A stretch of 64,000 nt of DNA from Naegleria gruberi (Eukaryota). The translations under genes were made by a program, and so were the position numbers. The notes under the pieces were generated by a model that saw only the letters and a list, made by a program, of their open reading frames with translations, did not search any database and was not told the DNA's origin. How positions within the stretch are numbered: the first letter of the stretch is position 1; each line of letters opens with the position of its first letter. Positions 53,137 through 61,735 of this stretch are shown here, in pieces. The stretch lies in NCBI GenBank assembly GCA_000004985.1, contig GG738847.1. One strand, written 5' to 3'.

Positions 53137-54530
53137 TGAAAAGATTTGGAGGAGGGATTGTTGCAGCTGGCTTACTGAAGAGTAATACTCTCACCTCAGC
53201 TAGGAATTGTAGAATGAAGAGTTTCGGAAAAAAGTCAAATAATATTATTAACAATAATAATGAATTGATGATGATGGCGAATAATTTCCAAAGACAATCA
53301 TTTCATTCTTCATTGTCTCATCATTATGCTAATCAAATATCCGATCAAATCAATGATGATCAAATGATAAAGAAAAATGGAAAAATTAAAATGATGGCCG
53401 AGATGATGTTGAATAAGAAGGGACAATTGAATGAAATGCTGGGAGTTAAAATTACAAAATTGAATATGGTGTTGAAGGAGGATCGATCAAATATTGATGA
53501 ATTGTTTGTGGAAATGTCCATGAAATTGAGTGATGTTCATATGAATGCTATTGGATTGGTTCATGGAGGTTCATTTGCAACATTGTGTGATACTGCTATT
53601 GGAACTGGTGCCTTGATTTTTGCAACACAATATTTGAAGGGAAGTGGAATGGTTGTATTGGATAATTTTAATCAATTCTTGAAGAGTGCAAGTGTTGGTG
53701 ATGAGCTTGTGGTTGTGGCAAAGCCATTGCATTTGGGAAAGTCGACACAATCATGGGAAGCTACTGTTTATTTGGGAAGCCCACCGAATGGTAAAAAGAT
53801 TGCTCTTTCAAGATCTACAATTTTGAATAAGGTAACCAGTGAGAGTGCTCAACAAAGCGAGACAGCAACATCCAATAGCAATGCTTCCAAAAAGTTGACA
53901 CCTGAAAATTTAAACAAACTTGGAAAGAATTTCAATATTGAAACCATGAGCAAGCAAGAAATTGCTGCCAAGTTTGACAAACATAGTGAGCAGTGGGAAT
54001 TTCTTACCTCAGTCTCTGATTATCAAAAGAATATGATTAGTTGGGTTGTCAATGAGTTGAAGCAATATGCTGATCAACAATTATCTTCTCCTCAATTCGC
54101 GAATGAAACATTCAAAGTTCTTGATTTGGCAACAGGAAATGGTCTTATTGGAAGATCAATTAATAATATAATTAGTCCACGTGTAAAGAAATTGGAAATG
54201 ACTGGTCTCGATCTCTCACAAGGAATGCTTAAAAAAGCAAAGGAATGGAATATTTACTCAAATTTATTTGTTCATGATTTGGATCAACCAATTAACAATC
54301 TCTCAACCAATGAATCATTCGATTTTATCACTTGCTTTGCAGTTAGTGAAATGTTAACAGATGTTGATAAGGTATTGCTGAGTGAAGTATCACGTCTCTT
54401 ATCAAGGAAACCTCATGCTCAGTGCTGGATTTCCTTCCAACTCAAAGATGAAGATGCCATTGCAACCGATCACCAAGGAATGAGAACCTATAATCTCTCT
54501 CAATTAAGCTTCCATGCTACAACAAAATAA
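53137..54530 (+). CDS. Fusion protein with a hotdog-fold (PaaI/4HBT-type) thioesterase domain and a class I SAM-dependent methyltransferase domain (about 464 aa).
   Basis: The thioesterase motif is NAIGLVHGGSFATLCDTAIG. The methyltransferase motif I is FKVLDLATGNGLIGRSI, and motif II/post-I is FDFITCFAVSEML. ORF track 53094..54530. The first ATG, in an aaaaaaaATG context, is at 53137. Confidence 0.65.
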
Positions 54531-55136
54531 TTTGAAAATCCTCTCTCACTCAATCATTCCAAATGCATACTATCTTCCTTCGACAGATTCCAACATTAGC
54601 ACAGCTCAACGTGTTCCCTATATCATTGTAAAGTGTACTCACAATTAATATAATTTAATGTAAATATTTTATTCATTTTTTTGAACCAAAACCTAAAAGA
54701 ATTGTCTGTCATGATTGACCAATGCATGAACAATACTAACACAGCAAGTGGGATTACAACAAGTGACAAAACTTTCACGGAGATGTCCAATTCGTAGAGT
54801 AGAATTGGAGAGGCTTATGAACAGCTGATCTTGGTCCAAATCATACTCCTGATTAACTTGACATTATTCCCAGCATGATGTCCAAAATCGAGTTGAGTAA
54901 AATTTGACAACCAAAATCTCAACTTGTTGTAATTCTTTTTTCAAACCAACCAACCAAAAACCACACACCCTATTACAACTTCATGATGACCTTTCCAAGT
55001 TGACCCTTTTTAATCTCATTGTAAAATGCATTCCAATTATTGAATTGACACGTTTGACGAAAAAGTTCCAAAAGGCAACAATTTTCACCAAAAAAGTTCC
55101 AATCGTGCAACTTTCATAAAAATAAAAACAAAAAAA

Positions 55137-56240
55137 ATGCAACAACACATTTCAACTGCTGCCGTTTCCTCCTCATCACCAGCATCAGCAAATACATCTT
55201 CATTGAGTGGTGGTTTGAATCAGCTGCAGGGAGCCACCGGTGTTATGGGTGTTATGGGAAGGAGGCTATCTCTGAAAAGTTGTTCATCGGACTCGTCGAA
55301 TAATAGATTTTCGCAACAATTGGAGACGGAAGAAAAGGACAAGATTGAAAAATGGAAAGATAATTTGGAACACGAAAATCATATTTGTCCAATAAGTCAT
55401 ACATTGATGGTTGATCCTGTTGTTTTGGCTGATAGTGGAATTACGTATGAGAGAAGTTCGATTGAAAAGTGGTTGGAAAAGAGTAGAACTTGTCCGATTA
55501 GTAAGAAACGACTTGCTGGCAATGTGAATCAACTGATTCCTAATTATAGTACGAAGAATTTGATAGAGCAGGCTAAGGAAAAGTATTGTAACAAGTTGAT
55601 TGGCTTGTTGGAACAAAAGTTGGAGGACAAGAAAGGGATTGCTGATTGTCTTGATTTGATTGATAGTGATCTGTTGATTTATGTAGATAAGAATGAGAAG
55701 AGAACCATGTGGGAAAAGATCATGCTCATCAAGTTGAGAATGATGGTTCTGAAACGTGATTTGGAAATGTCGGGAAATCTTGATGAATGGTTCAACAAGT
55801 TGGAATATGAATTGTTGGAATCGACACATTTGATCATTAGAGAGGATTCATCAGCAATTTTTTCATTCGATAGTCATCAATTTAAATCTGTTAAACATAT
55901 GCTTGATCAATTAGAAACCAAATATGATACTACTCATGCACTGGCCTACCAACAAATTAAGAAACATCTCGATGAGGAGAATAAGAAACGAGAGGAATTT
56001 GAATACCGATACAGAATGAAACAATTCCAAAAAGCCAAACAAAAGGAGGAACGAAAAGTAAGGAGAGAAAGAGAGGCTGCCCTTCAAACAGCCAACAATG
56101 CTCAATCTGCCACAGAGGAACTTTCCACAACCCAATGGTTAGCTATGGGAGCAGGAATTTTAGGTGCTGGTGCTCTGATTGCTGTTGGATTATTCTCTGC
56201 ATTTAGCTCAGCATCTGGAAGAAATGATAGGAGAAAGTAG
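55137..56240 (+). CDS. U-box (PUB-type) E3 ubiquitin ligase-like protein with a coiled-coil region and a C-terminal transmembrane anchor (367 aa).
   Basis: The U-box is ICPISHTLMVDPVVLADSGITYERSSIEKWL...CPISKKRL. The C-terminal hydrophobic segment is WLAMGAGILGAGALIAVGLFSAF. Confidence 0.65.
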   Translation: MQQHISTAAVSSSSPASANTSSLSGGLNQLQGATGVMGVMGRRLSLKSCSSDSSNNRFSQQLETEEKDKIEKWKDNLEHENHICPISHTLMVDPVVLADSGITYERSSIEKWLEKSRTCPISKKRLAGNVNQLIPNYSTKNLIEQAKEKYCNKLIGLLEQKLEDKKGIADCLDLIDSDLLIYVDKNEKRTMWEKIMLIKLRMMVLKRDLEMSGNLDEWFNKLEYELLESTHLIIREDSSAIFSFDSHQFKSVKHMLDQLETKYDTTHALAYQQIKKHLDEENKKREEFEYRYRMKQFQKAKQKEERKVRREREAALQTANNAQSATEELSTTQWLAMGAGILGAGALIAVGLFSAFSSASGRNDRRK

Positions 56241-56470
56241 AGATTTTGTAAATAACAATTCATTGTAAATAATAGAAAAGGAAAATTGTAAATAATATAT
56301 TGATCTAACTTGAAAGTGTATAATAAAATACTATATTTTGGAAAGTTAAATCACATCCAAGATGAATTAATGTTAAGGAAAGCTTCAATCCTTAACATCA
56401 ATTTCAATTCACTTAATAATGGATTCTCTCATTCTGAATATTCTCCACATTCAAAATAATCCAATTAAAA

Positions 56471-57496
56471 TTATTTAAAGGAAATATCCACCAAAAAGCA
56501 ATTCCTAGCCAACTTGAATAACTTGTTACAAAACCATGATAAATACGCTCCAGAAGGAGGATATTTAAAGACGAGAATTCTCTCTTGTTCAGAGCAGTAC
56601 AATTCCCCTCTCTTACTATCATAATGAATAATTGATTTCACCTTATTATCAAAATGAATCAGTGATGAACTATTCATTGAGCTTGTGAACGTTCGTTCAA
56701 TTATATTGTATAGACTCCTATAAATAAATTTGTTCTTTTCCAATAACTCTGTAATGTGACTAATCCTGCAATGACATCCTCTAATATCCCATTCATCAAA
56801 AGTAGTAAAGATTTTCAATGAATTTTCAATTGTGAAAAATTGATTATCTTTTGGAAAGTTCTTGTGAAATGCTCTAATGTAGGTGTATCTTGCATTATCA
56901 GCAAAAGTAATATAGAAATAGTCCTTAGTGGCATAAAACGAAAAAATTCCAAATGATTGTGGAATGTTATTGAAATCGAACACACCCAACAATTTGCCAC
57001 TATCAAAATCAAACACACCCACCTGCCCTCTCGGTTTTCCATTAATATTAAACATGGAATAAACTCTTCCTTCTCCATCACACGAAAGAGAATGACTAAA
57101 CTCTACCGAAACACTCTGCTTTTCACTCACAACTCTCCAACTAGCCAATCGATATGAAGAATTTAAACTTCTTCCCAATGGAATTTTAGTCATAATTCTT
57201 TTCATTTGATATTCGAGGAGGAGAATGGCTTCATCAGGTCTCGTTTCATCCACAGCAATACTAATAGCTCGGAATTGTGAGGATGATTGATCAATGTATT
57301 CCATCCATACGGAAACAGAGAATCCAATCACATATTTGAGAGAGCACGATATCAAATCGTAAATGTTAATCTTGTTATTTGTTTGATCAATGATGATTAA
57401 TTCGTTCCGAGAGGAATTCACTTGAGCCTTCTCTGCGGAGCAATTTAATGTTTTGGAAAAGAAGAGTTGAAGTTGAAGTTGTTGTTGTTTGTACAT
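56471..57496 (-). CDS. Hypothetical protein (341 aa).
   Basis: Intact single ORF. No recognised motif. Confidence 0.4.
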   Translation of the reverse strand: MYKQQQLQLQLFFSKTLNCSAEKAQVNSSRNELIIIDQTNNKINIYDLISCSLKYVIGFSVSVWMEYIDQSSSQFRAISIAVDETRPDEAILLLEYQMKRIMTKIPLGRSLNSSYRLASWRVVSEKQSVSVEFSHSLSCDGEGRVYSMFNINGKPRGQVGVFDFDSGKLLGVFDFNNIPQSFGIFSFYATKDYFYITFADNARYTYIRAFHKNFPKDNQFFTIENSLKIFTTFDEWDIRGCHCRISHITELLEKNKFIYRSLYNIIERTFTSSMNSSSLIHFDNKVKSIIHYDSKRGELYCSEQERILVFKYPPSGAYLSWFCNKLFKLARNCFLVDISFK

Positions 57497-59809
57497 TTTT
57501 CTTAAAGAATTAATTATATTAATATTATAATAGTATTGAAGTTGTCGGTCTCTGTACTAGAAACATTTCTAAATACGTTTTTTAATCATAATAAAGTCTT
57601 TAAAGTTTCATCAGTTACTTCAGATTCATTTGCTGATTTACTTGCTTTGAAGTAAATCACCTTACTTGTTGGTATCCTACATTGACTGTTCTCTAATAAA
57701 TCCTAAATGTTCCAAATAATTATAATATGGTTAAGGTTCAAGAATAAAATATTGGGAAAGAGTTTGTGTTCTTGATTGTTATAACAATACAGATTGTGAA
57801 AATGTTGTGGTGGTGTTGAACTTTCTTATCCAAATAGTGGTCCATCGTATGTTAAATATACCAACCAGACGTCTTCCAATACCTTCCGTACTTATACCAG
57901 ATTGTTTAATCAATGATGATTGTATTGAAAGTGGTTTATCATCAGGTAGAAGTGAATGTATCAATCAAGTTTGTTCTGTTAAAACTTGTGCATCCAATAG
58001 TGATTGTTACAGCTGATTGTGGAACAAATTCTTCATTTTCTGAATAAATCAATTGATTTCCATATTCTCCCAAGTGGATATTAGTGTATAATATCTTTGT
58101 GGATGTTTCTAGAAATATGTTATCACATCCTAACAAGATCAAGAAGTCAGATAATGATGGAGGATATGAGGAAGTGTTTAACCTTAGCTTGAAGTGATGT
58201 GTCTTATAGTATTCGAATAGCAACTTGTAGAGTTGTTTGATTTCAATCTTAAAACTGTATTTCTGAATTTGACCAATAGCAGTTGCAAGTGGAACCAATT
58301 AAATAATTTCGTTCATCAGAGTCATGTATTTAGGATGATATTTGTCATATCTGTCCACAAAGAATTTGGTAACATTTCATTGGAAAATGAGGCAGCAATT
58401 CGAGAGTTACATGAAAGAATTTCAGAATAGAAGTTCACCTCTCTTTGTGATAGATTCCAAATTTTGATTAACCTTTTCAATATAAATATCTATCAAGAGA
58501 GCTAGCAAAACACAAAATGCCATGATATTGAGAATGAGAATAGTCACAACTAGACATTTAGTGTTGGACATAGAAACTGAACCACAACATGCATTCACCT
58601 CAATACCTCCAGTTCCATCACGAGATGCATTGAAACGTTTTCTAATAGTAATTGTTGTGGGATTCGAAGAATGAGCAGGTGAAAAGGATGATGCTTTGGA
58701 AATTCTTCTTAATATCCATAAAAAGGAGGATTATGATTCTGGCCTACACCAATAAAATTCGAACTGAAGTTGAGAAAGGATACTCAAACCAATGATAGCA
58801 AAACATTGGCTTGTTTGATTCTCATTTGTTGTGTTGTTTGATGGTCTTGCCAGTTGTTATTTCATTGGTGACCTCGTTCAGTAGAGAAAAGCAAGAACGT
58901 GGCAAATTAGAAGAGCTCCTCTGGAAAGAATTGCAGAATTTTTGCAATATTAGTATTGGAAAGAGAATGACATTTCACCAATTCCACTTAAAATGATATC
59001 TCCTGAGTACTGCTGCTTGATGTTGAAATGAAGCTTTAGTGTAATTCAGGTAGTTGAGCATATCTTAATCTTGCAACAATACCAGTACCTGGTTTATGTT
59101 AAATGTTGGTATAAAGGTAGAATTAATTGTTTTAGGATATGAACAATTATGTTTCAAGCTAACATCATTATTGGATTTGTGCAATAATTGTAGGTGATGA
59201 GGTTGAAACTTTTCCCAAACTACTCTTGATGGTTGGTGGAGTATTTTGTTGTTGGTAATTTAAATTTTTGTTAACAATATCAACAACAACAACCTTGAAA
59301 CAACAATCCAACAACAATTATTACGATTTTCACGAATAGATTCAAAAATGTTTAAACCTAGAGTGTCGAGTAATCACATATGGACTCTCACCAGTGAACT
59401 CTCATCATAATCTTCTTACAATAAATATAAGGTTTGGTGATGTTGTGCATGATGTTCCGTGTAGTTGTGTTGCTGTGGTTGGTCTCATCATATTTTTGAA
59501 AAAGAGGTATTTTTTATAAAATAATAAATAATTAAAATATGTGATGAAAACTGTAAATTACGATTTTATGAAAAAAATAACAAAATTAAAGCGTATTATC
59601 ATATTCATATGTAGAATTATTTCGGAATGGTGTTAGTGGTGTTAGTGGTGTTGTGGAACAACGAACAGTAATTGTTATCATTGATAGGATTGCTACCATC
59701 CTTTAGTATTAAAACGTGATAGAATGTGTTCTTCAGTGTGTTGGTCATGTAATACCATCACGTTTCAAAAAACAAAAACAAAAAAATTCCTTTAAACATT
59801 GTTTGAACA

Positions 59810-60892
59810 ATGCTTGCACCACAGAAACGAGTTAGTGATTTTGGAGATGGTGGACAAATAGATCAAGTTCAAGTTGAAGAAACCACACCAAATCTTATAA
59901 CTTCCATCATACGATTGAAACAATTTCGCATCAAAGGACGATCATTTGAATTTCAAGAAGTGTTCGAAAATCCAAAAAGTGATACTTTGGTTTGTAAATG
60001 TTTGGGTGATGATGGACATGAATACGTTGTTAAAATTATTAAACTAATTGATGGAATATTTCCAAGTAATGATCCAAATGATACTTATTCAGATGGTTAT
60101 CAAGTAGGAGAATGGAGATTTGCTGAAACTGTGAAACAGTTGTTCGATTCTAGTGTGGTAACTTATGAGGTTTCGGAACTAATTGGTGAAGAAATTGTAC
60201 TTGTATCAGAATACAGAGGAATGGATATGAAAAAATATGGAAAGAACAAATCAGGAAAATTGTTTTTATGTGAAGCGATTCAAATTTTAATTAGAATTGC
60301 TAATGCATTATGCCAACTCTATAAGCATAATATAATTCATAGTGATATCAAACCTGCAAATATCTTTATTACTTTTGAGCCAACCAGTTATTCATTTGAT
60401 GTCATTGATGCTACATTGGGTGATTTGGGAATAGCCAGAACTGTTTTATCAAAAGGTCAGCCAATTTATTCATCTAATATATTTTCTACTCCTGATACTG
60501 CACACACATACTTAACACAGCACGGAACATGTGGTTATATTGCACCAGAATGTTTTAAAGGAGAACAATGTTTATTAAGTGCTGTGAAAAAAAATGGCTT
60601 CGCATTTGAATTTGTTGATGAATTATTAAGAAAAGATAGAGAAATTGTATTGGAAGCAGTTAAACAAAATGGATATGCACTTGAATATGCTGATAGGTCA
60701 TTTAGAAAAGATAGAGAAATTGTACTGGAAGCAGTTAAACAAAATGGACGTGCACTTGAATTTGTTGATGAATCATTAAGAAAAGATAGAGATATTGTAT
60801 TGGAAGCAGTTAAACAAAATGTCTGGGCACTTGAATGTGCTGATGAATCATTAAGAAAAGATAGAGAAATTGTATTGGAAGTAGTTAAATGA
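59810..60892 (+). CDS. Protein kinase-domain protein with C-terminal DUF4116-like 24-aa repeats (360 aa as annotated). It ends at an in-frame TGA, and the same frame stays open for 5 more repeats to 61279.
   Basis: Kinase motifs are YVVKIIK (VAIK-like), IIHSDIKPANIF (catalytic loop), DLGIARTV (DFG-like) and GTCGYIAPECF (APE). The repeats read ...LRKDREIVLEAVKQNGxALE(Y/F)(A/V)DES... ORFs 59810..60892 and 60950..61279 share one frame and are separated by one TGA at 60890-60892. Confidence 0.65.
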   Translation: MLAPQKRVSDFGDGGQIDQVQVEETTPNLITSIIRLKQFRIKGRSFEFQEVFENPKSDTLVCKCLGDDGHEYVVKIIKLIDGIFPSNDPNDTYSDGYQVGEWRFAETVKQLFDSSVVTYEVSELIGEEIVLVSEYRGMDMKKYGKNKSGKLFLCEAIQILIRIANALCQLYKHNIIHSDIKPANIFITFEPTSYSFDVIDATLGDLGIARTVLSKGQPIYSSNIFSTPDTAHTYLTQHGTCGYIAPECFKGEQCLLSAVKKNGFAFEFVDELLRKDREIVLEAVKQNGYALEYADRSFRKDREIVLEAVKQNGRALEFVDESLRKDRDIVLEAVKQNVWALECADESLRKDREIVLEVVK

Positions 60893-61260
60893 GATGGACG
60901 CGAACTTTGCTATGTTGATAAGTTATTAAGAAAAGATAGAGAAATTGTATTGGAAGCAGTTAAACAAAATGGCTGGGCACTTGAACATGTTGATAAATCA
61001 TTAAGAAAAGATAGAGAATTTGTATTGGAAGCAGTTAAACAAAATGGACGTGCACTTGAATATGCTGATGAATCATTGAGAAAAGATAGAGAATTTGTAT
61101 TGGAAGCAGTTAAACAAAATGGACATGCATTTGAATATGTTGATAAATCATTAAGAAAAGATAGAGAATTTGTATTGAAAGCAGTTAAACAAAATGGATG
61201 TGTATTTGAATATGTTGATGAGTCATTAAGAGAAATTATATTAGAAGCTGTCGTTAATGC
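60570..61260 (+). repeat. Tandem array of about ten 72-bp coding repeats (24-aa DUF4116-like units), nearly identical to each other.
   Basis: The direct repeat ...gaaattgtattggaagcagttaaacaaaatgg.gcacttgaatatg.tgatgaatcattaagaaaagatagag... recurs with period 72. Confidence 0.8.
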
Positions 61261-61735
61261 TGAAACACAGAAATTATGAAGTGTATCATTCATAAATATC
61301 AATTCTGCATAAAGTAAGACCCATCTAAAGCAATTCGTCGCCCAATTCTTTCAATTCTCTGGAGTGGATTGTTGCAAATAATAAGAAAAGATAGCACTCA
61401 ATTTAAGTTCATCAACTGTTGTTAAACTGATATCAATTTCGAGTATTTTCAATAATATTCAAAGAAAGTTATCAACCATTTCGTTTGTTGAATAGAAATA
61501 GGAAGAAATAGTCTTTATCAAGTTGATGAATTTCTCAAATACAAGCATGCTAAATTAACAGAAACATGTCAATAATTCATCATTCGAAACAAAACTAATG
61601 AAATAAACAACCACTCGGAGATTTAAGAAATAAAATCTCATTGGCACTTTCAACTAAACCAACATGCACTTGTTTTTGCCTAAATTTGGAAATTTTAAAA
61701 GACAAATTTTTTAAAAAGAAAGCCAAGACGAAACT

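Noticed and set aside
57942-58298. Minus-strand 118-aa ORF in the 57.5-59.8 kb region
   Set aside because: It has no motif, no homology to neighbours and an AT-rich composition. It cannot be distinguished from a chance ORF without expression data.
60910-61302. Minus-strand 130-aa ORF (LSFLND... repeats)
   Set aside because: It is antisense to the 72-bp DUF4116-like repeat array. The periodic ORF reflects repeat structure, not coding.
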